Positions 47,940 through 60,075 of a stretch of 64,000 bases of DNA are shown in pieces. The translations under genes were made by a program, and so were the position numbers. The stretch is from Pelomyxa schiedti (Eukaryota; Protista; Evosea): positions 1 through 64,000 of the forward strand of contig JAHLWZ010000828.1 of assembly GCA_020536535.1 (NCBI GenBank). The letters run 5' to 3'. The stretch's first letter is position 1; every line of letters starts with the position of its first letter. The notes beneath the pieces are model-generated. The model was not told where the DNA came from and searched no databases. It saw only the letters and a program-made list of their open reading frames with translations.

Positions 47940-50108
47940 ATGAGTGCGGCACAAACTGCCACGCCGACGGAACACAGCGGTTCCCGTAAGTTCACAGTGC
48001 ACTTGAGGCTCGGTGTGCCCCCGGAGCTGAGATCCGCGACGCAACAGACCATAAAGGGCCGAATACAAGCCAACGACGCCGCGCAGTTGCTGGTCAACGA
48101 GGCTTATTCCGCATTAACGGCCCTCACTGTACCTCATCCTACTACACACGCGTCCGGAACTGCGACAACTACAGCGGCTGCGACAAGTACTACTACTAGT
48201 GCAACTACTTCCTCGGTCAGCAGAGCTGCAAATGGCGGTACGCCGTTGTTGCCACAGATAGACGATGAAAGTGCCCGAGAGTCACCAGAGTGGCGTTGTG
48301 TGTTGGACAGAACAGAACTTAATATTCTTGTGGTTGCTTTGACTGGTATCTTTTTCTTTCTTCCCCTCTTGGTGACTAATCATGTTTGACATGATCCTGC
48401 AGCCCATTTGGACTCTGTGAGGGAATTTAAGTTTGTCGCATCCCATAGACCTGACCAGGTCACGGTTCCACCACCAGATGTTACTGAATTTCGTGTTCCA
48501 AACAGAACTGAGGAAACCATTGTGGTAAGGAACTCCTGTGGCAAACTCTTTTCTCACACAACTGGTGATTTTACTGAAGAAATGGGATTTACTGAAACAA
48601 ATATTCGCGCATTTCATACCGCCAGAAGGATACCCACTGATTCCCCTCTCAAAATGCATTGCCCTAGTATTTCCAACACCAAAAAGAGACAAAAGCAAGG
48701 CTCTTAATGGTGTCTGGCTAGGCAGCTCCGAAAAATTTGAGAAGTTCTCCATAAATAACCCTCTCATCAAACAAGTGAGCAAAGTGGTGAGAAAGCAGTC
48801 AGAAAAAGGGTTGCTGGGCCCTTACACGCAGATGCCAGTTAATGAATGGTACAAAGCCAGCTCTCACTACACATCAGAAGGAAAAACTATGTCTATAATA
48901 TACTGTGCAGTTGTGGTGGGGGAGTCTTGTATGTCCCTACAATAAGTACCATATTGGCCTAATCCTCATTCAGCCAATCGCCTCTACGTGGGAAAAGCTG
49001 AAGGCGCTGGTCTGTTTAGTCGCTGGAAAACTAGTGTCAAAACGGGAACGGCAACACATATTAAAACTATGCACGAAATCGCTGTTGAGGGATATAGAGC
49101 TTCACATGCTAGTAGAAAAGCAGAACAGAAATATCGGGAGGCTTGTGAGCACTTTCAAAGGTGTAAAGTGGCCCTAAATGAAGCCCAAAAAGAGAAAAAG
49201 GCCGCGGAAACTAGAAACGCAGAAGCAAGTACTTTGAAAGCCTGTAAAAAAGCTCTCCGCACAACAGAAGAGAATTTTAACAAGGCAGACAAGGTGAAAC
49301 CAAAAGGAATAATCATTTCCTCATTTCGTATAGGCATTAAGACTTCAAGTTCCCACTATTTTATCCGATTTGACCTTTGTAACGCATGGGCTAAAGGCCC
49401 AAGTTGACCGCCTCTCGGCTGCTCCAGGTACACGTTCTTCACAATACTTTTCGTAACCACACCGCAGGTTCTTTAACGTGTTCCTCTCTTCCCCCACCTG
49501 ACATGCCGGTGTCTGAGGCCAAAGTGTTTTTATTTATCGTGGAATGGGTGGAATTCCCAGAGGAGTTATTGGACTTACGTGAGGATCACTGGACCACAGT
49601 ACTTGGTGCCTTTGGAGAGCAAGGTCTCAATAAAGCTCGAGCAGCCAAATTGTCGTCACTATGCCTTTGCAGTGAGTGCTGTACTATACTGCAGGGAAAG
49701 AAGATAATTGCAAGCAGGTCGAAACCTGCACCGCCCACTACACTGACACTGAACGTACTAGTAAGCGAGACTACATCCACACCAGCGGCACCCATTCCAA
49801 CAGCTCCCGAAACACCAAAACCCACACCAACACCAACACCCACGCCCACGGCAGCAGCAAGTCCTAGTCCAAAGCCGGTTCCTTCCCCAGCCACTGCAAA
49901 AGAAACATTAGTTCCAACGCCAACCCAGCCAGTAACGACCCCTAATGAAGACCCTAAACCACACAAAATCAAAAAAGAACCTAAAGCAAAGAAGGAACCC
50001 AAGTTGAAAGAAACACCCGCCAAGGAAGCGGAATCTGTGCCAAAACCTAAAGTCACCCCCAAACAAAAAGAACCTCCCACCAAAGGACCCGTAACAGAAA
50101 AGAGCTAA
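47940..50108 (+). CDS. Uncharacterised protein with a coiled coil and a Pro/Thr/Lys-rich C-terminus
   Basis: Chain of long plus-strand ORFs joined by GT-AG introns; heptad-like KAEQKYREACEHFQRCKVALNEAQKEKK; (PT)n and KKEPK repeats. Confidence 0.6.
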
Positions 50109-50187
50109 CCAAAATTACACAAGAATAACAAATTTGAGAAGATTTTAGTATTCTTTTTAAAAAAAGTAAAGTTTTGCCAATAAGGCT

Positions 50188-50922
50188 CTAGGAAGATAGG
50201 GACAGCATGAATACGTAGCAGCCTAGTCTCGCACCACCGTTGTTGGGGTCAGTCATGGTGGCAGTGACGCGGTAGTTTCCTACGGGATAGGAGAAAGGTG
50301 TGAGTAACTAGAGGAAAGTGAGGCGAGAAGTTCGTACCGTCAGTGAGCCAGTCGAGGATTGGTGGGGGGAGTGGGATGGGTCCCATGGTAGTCGTGGGAA
50401 GGACATAGGTTCCAGCTGGGTATGGGCACACACAAGGGATGTTGTTCTCCACAAGAAGATCAGGGCACGTGTAGTTCTGTGCAATCTTGTCAAGGATGAG
50501 GCACACATCGTCGTATGTGCAGCTGCCAATGTTGTCGACACAGGGAATGCTGTAGGTGAAGAAGAGTTGTGGTGACCAATGTGGGTAGCTCAAAATGGGA
50601 AATTACTTCATCCAGCCAATCACTTGCTTCTCAAGTTTGAGTGCCAGTGTCATGGCGGTGATTTGCTTGGTGAGCTTCACTGTACCAGACACAGTGACGT
50701 TCTCGCCGAAGGTAATGGGCGAAGGTGATACCTATGGTGAAAAGTGAACAGAGTTACTGAGTAATTGTTGTAACTGGGAGCGAGGGGGTGTCTGGGAAGT
50801 ACAGAGAGGGCTGTAATCTGAATGGGATCACTAGTAGAACCACAGTTGCTGTAAGAGAACGGAATAGGATCTGCAGCCAAAACTGCTGCCACCAAGGCCA
50901 GAACCACAACAAAGGATGGCAT
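50188..50922 (-). CDS. ML-domain lipid-binding protein (GM2 activator/NPC2-like), secreted
   Basis: Signal MPSFVVVLALVAAVLA; FSYSNCG, SPITFGENVTVS, IPCVDNIGSCTYDDVC, IPCVCPYPAGTY, DWLTD|GNY, LGCY. Confidence 0.88.
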
Positions 50923-51111
50923 CTCCGTTTGCTTTTTTTTTTTTTTTTGTTTCTTTCGTGGTTTTTCGGAATGTTGCTTTGATTTGCCCAAAAAATTCCT
51001 TCATTGTGACAAGGTGCAGGTCTCTCGAAAAAGGTGCAAGGCCGAAAGAATTGTGCAAACAAAAGGGTTTCGCTTTTTCTTTTAGTGTTTCTGCTGTGCG
51101 GAAATGGAGGA

Positions 51112-54100
51112 CTATCGTGATTTGGAGACCTGGAGTCCGGTAACACTTTGCATAGTCGGTGAAGACAGTCCGCAAATTGTGCAAGTTGAAGTTGTGTCTG
51201 AAGTGAGGTTTTTGGGTAAGTAGCTGGCCCGGCAGAATGGGCAAGAGACCGAGGGCGTGTTGCGGTAAATTGGTGTAAATGAGATACAGCAAAGGGAGAA
51301 GGGGTTCCGTTCGTCATAGTTCAGTTTGCTGGCATTAGTACTATTTTGCTCGGCCAAACGAATAATTTTTTGAGCCTAGCATTGTCAGAAAGAAAAAAAG
51401 GCAGGAAGAATAATCACCATTGTAGCAACATCAGGCTTTGGATTGAGCTCCAGTAATCTTTTGGCGAAAGACATTGCTGTACCAAAATTCTTGAGTTGAT
51501 ATGCACAATTCATGGCCGAGCGAAGCACGAGGGTAAGGTGGAATAACTACAAGTGTGAGTTCCAAGAAAGAGAGAAAGTTGTAGTACTTGTATGTTGCAA
51601 TGTGTGAAGTAGGCCGCGAGTTCAATTTGACGTGCTGCGTCTCCTTTGGCTTGAGCAATTTCTTTCCGTTTAACCTTTCACAATCACTTTTACAAAACAA
51701 AAAGGAAAGCTTGGTTACCTCCAAAGTTATTCCAATGATGTACTCCCGGCAAATTTCGATCAATTCCTTAAGCTGTTTTTTTTTTTTTTAGAAACAAGCG
51801 CCAGTTGTGGAAGGTTGGTGGCACACTTCATCTACATCTTGTTTCGAATTTACAACAGCTACAAGAATCGATGTAAGTAAGGACTGGAATTGCCCCAAAG
51901 CCTCTGTAAAAATGTCAAACAAACAAACTACATAAGATTTGAGTACCACTGAAGGCTCCCTTTGTGAAACTATTGTAGGCCAATTTCAGCCTCTCCGCAA
52001 GTGGCGCAACACCTCCACTTACACATAGTGCTGGGAGTCCTGTTGAAGCACTTCCTCCTCCATGTGTTGGGTTTAGTTCCGTTGTGTTTCGATGGAGGGG
52101 TGTAGTCATGCCATAGAGTGAGCCAATACCTTACAAAAAATGAGGAAAGGTAATAGACAGGATGAATGCACACCAGGGACAACACAGTGCGAGCCTATTG
52201 CTGCAAATACAAAGTTCTGTTGGAGAGGTGCGAAATTCACAACTCCAACCTGTTCGGTGAGTAGCTAAATACTTGTGAGGTCTTCTGTTCTCATTGTCTT
52301 TAAAATTACCTTCATTGCGCTACCAAATGACGAACTGGCAGCGTGATCAATCGCTAGGGTGCTATTACGGAGCCAGAATTCTCTAGCCGATATTCCTGGT
52401 GTTGGAGGAGAGTAAAATTTGCCGGAAGGCGTTGCAGCAGTCGTTGTGGTTGGTTGAACGTCTGGAATATCCTCAAGTCCCTCAATAACCCAACCATCAC
52501 CCTCTGATGCAACTGGAGCCACAGTCTGAGCTACCTCTTCCTTGATCTCCGGCGCTTCTTTTACACGTTGAGAACGGGAAAAATTGGTATTTCTTACCTG
52601 CAAGCTCCTCAGGTACAGCGGAGTCGGCCCAGCCGCCTTCTGGTTGGTCCGCCGGGGCAGCAGTGGTTGCCTCTGGGGTGAATTTACTGCTTTCCTCTGC
52701 TGCATGAAGTGCATCTTGCCAACCCTTTGCAAAATTATTATGTTATATAGTAGTTTTTAGTATAAAATACTCTAGATACCTTCGAAACAGTCAGAAGTGG
52801 CCAGTTAGAATCGAAGGAACGCATTACAGGCATTGGTGGCAGTAGAAGTGTGGGGGCGGATGGTGGAGTATATTTGGGAACTGTTGAGGACGACGGATAC
52901 TTTGAGTCGAGCTCTTCAACAGTGTTGTGGAGGCCATGTATTTGGGCAACAGTCCTAGCAAAGTTGGGCATATTTGCCACGTCTGCAATAACTGTAAGCC
53001 TATCCTGCAAGTCCCCAAGATATAGTGCCGTATGGAATTCCCCTGTATTTATCAACAAAAACTCTACCGGAAGTAGAAAGCTTACCTTCAACATCGTTAC
53101 GTTTCTTTGCAATAGCAAGCATTTTGGAAAGTTTTTCGGTGTTCCCAGTAATTAAATAGAGGAATGCTAGGCGCGAAAAATCTTTTGTGCGCTGGTATGC
53201 CATCTCCACAACCTAGACAGAAGATAAAAATGATGTGACAGGAAAAAGATTTTGTACCTGATGATTTCCTTGTCGAAGAGCGGCAGCAGCAAGTTTGAGC
53301 CATGACTCCTTATTGTTGAGTGCCTTGGCTGATTCCAGAGCTACGTCAATATTACCACATTCAAGTGCCAGAGTGAATCGAGTAGCATCGTCATGAACAA
53401 ACTGAAGAGCAATCTCAGGGAAGCCTTTGCTCTGCAGGTATCCTAGAATTTTGTTAGTTACGATCTGGTAATACACTGGTAACTCATACAAACACACCAA
53501 TTATGGCCTGGCCTAACAAATTGGCAGATTGTATCATAGACATTACATCTGAATATCTGTGCTGGACTAAAGCGAGCTTGAACAAATACTCGGTAGGATT
53601 AACAGCCACAACCCTATTCTTGCACTCCCTGTCAAGGCAGATAACTTGAAACACTTGTTAGTGATAGCAAGAAATGACTGCCAAGCAACCTTTGTTACCA
53701 CGAATACTGGTTACATAGAGTGGTATATCCAAAGTCCGGACAATCCCGTTGTCTCTGAGGGGCGTCAACAGTATGACTGAAAAGAGGGGAAAACACACCC
53801 ATTTGGAAGTAGGTATTTCAAGTGACTGAGGGTAGAATATAAGAACACCCCATTTTCATCCCATGCACCACTCTTGATGCGAATAATCTCATGTGCAGCA
53901 CAAGTTTGCTCAAGATTTCGGGTGGTAATTACAACCACTGTTATTATGAGTGAGCACTATTAAGGAAGATTTGAACTTACTGTCTTTTGTAAGGAATGCA
54001 ACGTGGGTGTTCTTTGGTTGACTCCAGACAACTGCACGAACACCATTAATAGTTAGCTCAGCTAGACATTTCCTCTGTTCGACGTCGTAAAGAATGACCT

Positions 54101-56028
54101 TATCCTCAGCCCTTAGGAGCACGGTTCCTGCCATTGGGCCAGGGAATAGTTGATCAACTGTGGGGCTAACAGCGTTGATGCGTTTCACTTCCACATTTGT
54201 CAAATCCCTGACAACAAGTTGCTGTAGAGAATTTAATACCATAGGAAAGTAAAATCTTGGGCGAAGAAGCTCACCCTTGAAGCTTTATCCAAAGTAAGCA
54301 ACCGCTTTCTCCCAATGAAAACAGCTCCTAAAACGTTGGACATCCGCTTTGCTTCAACACCTTCAATGTTTCTCCCATCGCGTGGTATAGTGTAAAGTTC
54401 GTAATAACCACCATCGATTTTCTGTAATGCTTAAATGGGCACGTAAAAAAATTTAAAAAAAAAGCCTCACATAGCAAACAACAACAGACGCATCTGCAGG
54501 GCTGTAAGAAATACTACTTGGTTGAGAAATGATTGGTCCGGCAAGAACATTTCTAGAGGAATTCCTAAGAAAAGACGCGACACTAAGTAAAGAACTCACT
54601 TTTTGAGGTGAAGCAAGGGAACGTCTCGAGAGACAGTAAAATCGTACAGTCGCAACACTGAGTTTGCTGTGTAGACCAGTTGTGTAGGAGTAGTAGTAAA
54701 GCCAGGCCGCTCACTGGACAACTTGAACATAACCAACCCTATAACCGTTAGTGCCTGTAACACATCTTACAGTGTCCTTCATACCGCTGTCATGCCCTGC
54801 GGCAAGAAGATTTTGTGTTGGGTGGGCAGCCAGAATCCAAAATCTATCTATGTCCCTGAGGTAATATTGGTACAACAACAAAGTCACATGTTTTTTACCT
54901 CCTTATAGTTTGAAGGCCAATTCTCTTATTTTGATCCCAAATTCGTATTGTCTTATCCTCTGAATTACTGATGACTACTTCATATTTCGGATGAAACAGT
55001 GCACAAGAAACGTTGTTGAAGTGTCCTCGGAAAGTGTCCAGCTCCCAAGCTTTGGTGTCTAGGTAGGAAGAGGAATATTCGTTATGGGATAGATGGAAAG
55101 ATTTATAACTTAAACTTACCACTCATCCTCCAAAGTTTGACTTGCCTGTCATCAGCAGCACTGACAATGAACGGGGCAGTGGGGTGGAATGCAGCCCAGT
55201 TCACACCTCTGTCATGGCCTTCGAGAACAAATTTAACCAAGGCATCTGTACCACCAAAGAGATCTGATTGCAATCTTTGGGCCTCAGTTTCAGCAAAGGC
55301 TTTTGGTGCCACAGTTTTTTTACGAAGGCCTATAGAAATAGCATTGAATACCCTTAAAGAACAGAAATAACTAATCACCTGAAATATCCCACACTCGCAC
55401 AGTCTGATCAAGTGAGGCACTTACAACGATATCTTCTCGTGGATGGAAGCTTGCACACATTACGTAGTGGTTGTGACCAGTTAAAACTCCCACACAGGTC
55501 CTCGACTGCCAATTCCAAATACGAATTGTCTGATCATCAGAAGAACTGAGGATCCAAGGTTGCTCACCAGGGTGGAACTGAGAAATAAGAGTCAAATGAC
55601 AAAACCTCGATGTTCATGGAAACCTGTACAGTCCTTATGTAGTCGAGGTGTCCCTGTAAAGTGAAGAGGCACCTATGCTTCTTGTAGTTCCACACCTTGA
55701 GGTGCACATTGTGAATCATACGGCGTAAAAATGTAAAAATCACAAACCTTTATTCTGTTGTCATCTCCACCAGACACGAAAAGTGGTTGCGTACCATGGA
55801 AGTTAATACCACGAACCGGACCTAGACGTGGTTTGTCACGTGAGGAGGTAATTACAACACAATTTACGCACCAATGTGCTCCTCGTACTTTTGCACAAGG
55901 CACTTAATCCTGTAGTCCCAGAGCTGAATAACGCCATTGTGCAAACTGGCCAAGATCCACGGTCGCGTGTTGTGGAATGACAGACCCTTCACACGATTGG
56001 ACTTTGTTTCGAACTTTGTGTGATGCAT
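51112..56028 (-). CDS. COPA: Coatomer subunit alpha (WD40 propellers, solenoid, C-terminal zinc-binding motif)
   Basis: [90 protein letters not shown]...CPFC. Confidence 0.97.
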
Positions 56029-56269
56029 TGGCAGATGACGATGGCGTCAAACGATGGTGTTTTTTGTTTCTTTTTGCAAATCTCGAGTTTTTTTTTCTTC
56101 TTTATCGTTTCTCCAGCACAATCACCCGGCTCATTTTTCTCTGCTCAGCGTTTATTTTTGGCATCATTTCAGTTGCTGGGGGTGCAAACGGACTAGGGGC
56201 TAGTGTTGTGGCAACAAAAGGCATTTTTGTTTAAGGCCATTTACTTTGGGCATTGTGGATGTCGAAATA

Positions 56270-57137
56270 CTAAGTGAACTTGACCATTTCAACATCAAAA
56301 ATTAGTGGCTGGTTTGGTGGAATTCTGTGTAGTGATTGAGCTCAAAGAGTAGAAGCACGGAAGCTTACGCTGGAGGAGACCCAGTGGCACCATAGGCATA
56401 TTCCGGCTTTATGTAGAAGGTGGCTTTCTCACCAACTTTCATTGTGGCAACTGCCTCGTCCCATCCTGAATTTAGAATTTAGGTATGACTGCATCAATGC
56501 TCTTGTTTAGTGCAAGAAAGTACCTCTGATTACTTCCCTCTTATTTAGTTGGAAACTCAGTGGTTCTCCCTTAGACTGATCGAATACTTTGCCGCTTGGG
56601 AACTGTATGGGGAGGCATGTTAGTTTGATTTCTTGTTGGTGATGCACTGTTTGTTTGTCGGTAGTTGGCATTGTTTTCATGGAACGTGGGGGTTCTTACA
56701 TAGCCCTTGTAGTTGACAAACACAGTGGCCTTCTTTCGCGGAAGTTTCCCCGTTCCCGGTGTGGTAATAATTTTATGGTATCCCTAGCATAGGGTCATTT
56801 CACAAACTCCCAGGAACCGCACCCTCCCCCCGTCTCTTCTGCTGTTCTATTCTATTGACTTTCTCAACACGTTGACACAGAGACATGAATGCCTCGTTCT
56901 AATGTCACACCTTGGGGGCGGCTGCCGCAAGAAGTTGACATGTGGGCTTATGCACTGCCCAGTGCGCTCTCTGGTGTTCCTTCCCACAATACGCGATTCC
57001 GTGGCACGCACTGCAGTTCTATTTCGATTTCCAACGTGGCGTAAGCACGACGGCTGGTTCGAAAAAGGGAAAAAAAAAAACCCCAAACTACACACGAGAA
57101 GCCCTGTCGTCTTATCGCAAACGGCACACTGATTCAT
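56270..57137 (-). CDS. MYND zinc finger + FKBP-type peptidyl-prolyl isomerase fusion
   Basis: [11 protein letters not shown]|[27 protein letters not shown], then [20 protein letters not shown]|[20 protein letters not shown]|[26 protein letters not shown]...|[13 protein letters not shown]. The finger-to-FKBP linker exon is less certain. Confidence 0.82.
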
Positions 57138-57241
57138 TTTTCGTTTCTTCGGGTTTTTTTTTTTTGGCTTTCTGTAACTTTAGTGGTATTGATGGATCCA
57201 TCAATTTTTTTAAAAGAAAACTATAAGTCAGACAAAGGGAC

Positions 57242-58676
57242 TTAAAGGGGGTCTTCAGCGGGTACTACTTTCCAAGGCTCGGTTTTGACAGAGTCCGGTT
57301 CGCCAACAAAATCGCACCTCACAAAGTGGTCATCCTCAAATGCACCAGGGCAATAAAAGCCACCTACGGGTTGGTTAGGAGGACATGAAGGAAAAAAGAA
57401 ACTAAAAGATACCTGATTCGTTTCGTTTGAGGTGTCCAGTCGAACACGTGGGGCAACGGGGAGGCACTCCGTTGAGAAAATTGTAGGCGACACGTCTCTG
57501 CAATTCAGCCTTGGCCCCAGCCACAACACAGTCATTTTCTCTGCATTCGGTTAGTTATTTGTACTGTCGTGGTAGTTATTTGTTAACTGAAGTTTGGCTT
57601 TCAAATCCTTGACAATAAGGCCCTCCAGAAACTTTCTCTGTTCCTTGGATAGCTTTTGCATGGTGCTCTATTTGCTGTGTGAGTTGTAAAATACAAGATC
57701 TTACACACAGCAGGTGGCTGGAACTCTCGTTTAGCAGCAGCAGATTTACTACAGTACATGAGTGGAAGGCAAATACGAAATCAAGTTACGTTTTCCCGCG
57801 CTTCGAGGCTGGTTTTCGAACTGAGGACGATGAGGAAGATTCGCTATCAGAAGATGATGAAGAGGACACAGGCTTTCTCGTGCGACGAGTAGTAGGCTTC
57901 TTTTTCGGCTGAAGAGACGTTAATAAAAATCTTGTGCCGCACCACGGTACCTTTGAGCTAGAAGAGGATTCACTGTCTGAAGATGAGTCACTGTCTGATG
58001 AAGATGAGACAGGCTTCTTCTTTGATGCAGTTCTTTTTGTATGTGAACATTTCTACTACAAGTAAACGAATTCATCATTGAGGAACAGAGGGCTGTTGTG
58101 ATACTGTATGGGACTCCGAGTCTGAGTCGGACTCTGAGCTTGACGAGGGGGCTGGGCGGCGGCCCCGCTTCTTCGGGAGTGTCTTCTTGGGTTTCTTGAG
58201 TGGAATTAGGCACAGGTATAAAAGCACCAACAGAAGCTATTACATCGTCAGAATCGCTGCCAGAGCTCTCTTCCTTTCCTTTTCCTTTTTTCGACTTGCC
58301 TCCCATTAAATCGGTGAGCATATCTTGTTCAGACTTCTTGAGCTTCTTGAACCCCTCCAAATCGCCAAGACTGGTAAGTTTCACAGAACGGGCACGCTTA
58401 TTGGCACCAAAGAAGCACTTAGCGTGGTACCATCTAGTCAGAAGTCAAATTCAAGATAGGTGGGGGAAAAAAAATACTGGGTCATTTCGCCATCACCAAA
58501 AGGACTGGGACCAACTTTCCCGATCCTAAGGGCACCGGAATCGATTGTTTTCTTGCAATTGGTGTCTTTGCATTTTGCGCGTCCAGTCTGCAACAGTCGT
58601 GAGGGATAAGTACGGGATCTTCGGAGGGTTTTTTTTTAAAATGTGACGATCTGGAATAAGTCGCGGTGTACCACAT
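57242..58676 (-). CDS. PARP-type zinc finger + Ser/Lys-rich linker + PADR1 domain; no catalytic domain
   Basis: YSR|..TGRAKCKDTNCKKTIDSGALRIGK...|WYHAKCF (zf-PARP); C-terminal GAKAELQRRVAYNFLNGVPPRCPTCSTGHL...FYCPGAFEDDHFVRC (PADR1-like), then stop. Confidence 0.72.
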
Positions 58677-58979
58677 ACCGACGCGTGTTCTACCACAAAA
58701 GGCATTTTGGTTTCTGATTGGTTTGACCAGAAAAATGTTTACGGAAAGCCAAACCTCAGATCTGGGTCAGGATCTTGCACAAATCGCTCTGTCACTTTGT
58801 TGTCACACGTGCACCAACCTTAACGTTACAGAGGAGGGAAAAAGAATTTTGGTTGCCACAACAGATAGAGGAATCACGCCGAAGAGCTGTTGTCCGTTTT
58901 ATCGAAAGAACAACGAAAAGAGGCGGAGAGAGAAAAAGCCGAACTACCCGTAACAACAAAAAAAAACCAAAACAAAGTG

Positions 58980-59942
58980 ATGAAGAAACGGGCGTCGTTC
59001 GCCGTCCGCCTACTGGTGTCGTCGGCGCTATTTTTGTTGATGGCCCTCCACGTCGGCCTGGTGGCCGCGTCCTCGTCGTCGTCAGACTCGGACTCTTCGT
59101 CGTCGTTGTCCGAGTCCTCATCGTCGATGTCGTCTTCGTCGGATTCGTCGTCTGGCTCGTCTTCGGCGTCGCGCTCCCTGTCTTCCTCCTCCGACTCGGT
59201 GTCGCGCTCGTCTTCGCGTTCATCGTCGGAATCAGTCTCTACGTCTAGTTCCTCGCGGTCACTCTCTTCCTCAGAGTCCCTGTCATCGTCGGACTCTTTG
59301 TCTGTTTCCAAATCACTGTCTGTATCTGAGTCTGAATCGTCGTCGTCTGATTCACTCTCCTCCTCAGACTCTCTTTCGTCATCACACTCACACTCCCTGT
59401 CAGAGTCAGATTCCCTTTCCTCCTCTCATTCACACTCAATTTCCACCTCCGTGTCAGAGTCTGACTCCACCTCTTCTTCACATTCCACATCCGAATCCCT
59501 CTCAACCTCCAAATCCCACTCCATCTCCACGTCCATCTCCGAGTCCTCCCACTCAATATCCCACTCACTATCCCACTCCGAATCCGAATCCCACTCCCAC
59601 TCCCTTTCTAGATCCACGTCTACCTCCGAATCAGAGTCAGAATCCGAGTCCGAGTCGGAATCCGAATCCGAGTCGGACTCACTGTCTTCATCGCGAGATT
59701 CCTCCTCCACGTCAGGCCCATCAGGCTCACCAGCATCGCACTCCTCGTCATCCAGCACGTCGTCGTCCTCCAGCTCGAGCAGCTCTGGGCACCATCACGA
59801 GGCGTGGGTGTGGGCCCTGTTCGGAGTTGGCTGGGGGCTGTTGTTGGCCGGCGTGGTTGTGGCACTGCTGGGGTTCTGCATGGGCCGCGGGGGTGGCTAC
59901 CCGTGGCAGGACAATAGGACTGACTCGCATCTTCGCCCCTGA
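58980..59942 (+). CDS. Intronless type I membrane protein with a Ser-rich (SD/SE/SH) ectodomain
   Basis: Hydrophobic signal LLVSSALFLLMALHVGLVAA, about 240 aa dominated by Ser, TM WVWALFGVGWGLLLAGVVVALLGFC, short tail. Confidence 0.8.
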   Translation: MKKRASFAVRLLVSSALFLLMALHVGLVAASSSSSDSDSSSSLSESSSSMSSSSDSSSGSSSASRSLSSSSDSVSRSSSRSSSESVSTSSSSRSLSSSESLSSSDSLSVSKSLSVSESESSSSDSLSSSDSLSSSHSHSLSESDSLSSSHSHSISTSVSESDSTSSSHSTSESLSTSKSHSISTSISESSHSISHSLSHSESESHSHSLSRSTSTSESESESESESESESESDSLSSSRDSSSTSGPSGSPASHSSSSSTSSSSSSSSSGHHHEAWVWALFGVGWGLLLAGVVVALLGFCMGRGGGYPWQDNRTDSHLRP

Positions 59943-60075
59943 TGTTTTATCTTGTGCTGTTTATTTTAACATTTTTTTTATAAATAAATCCATCTTTTTT
60001 TCCTTGTCACTTTTACACACTACAAACTAGACAATTCCTTTGTGGGTGGGATTTATCCAGCAAAGAACCTTGTGG

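Noticed and set aside
56100-56240. 40-codon minus-strand ORF upstream of COPA and the overlapping 85-aa plus ORF
   Set aside because: No homology cues; compatible with chance in a UTR or spacer.
58874-59758. Long acidic antisense ORFs (Asp/Glu/Ser repeats)
   Set aside because: They are the expected mirror of Ser codons in the plus-strand gene, which has a signal peptide and TM helix.
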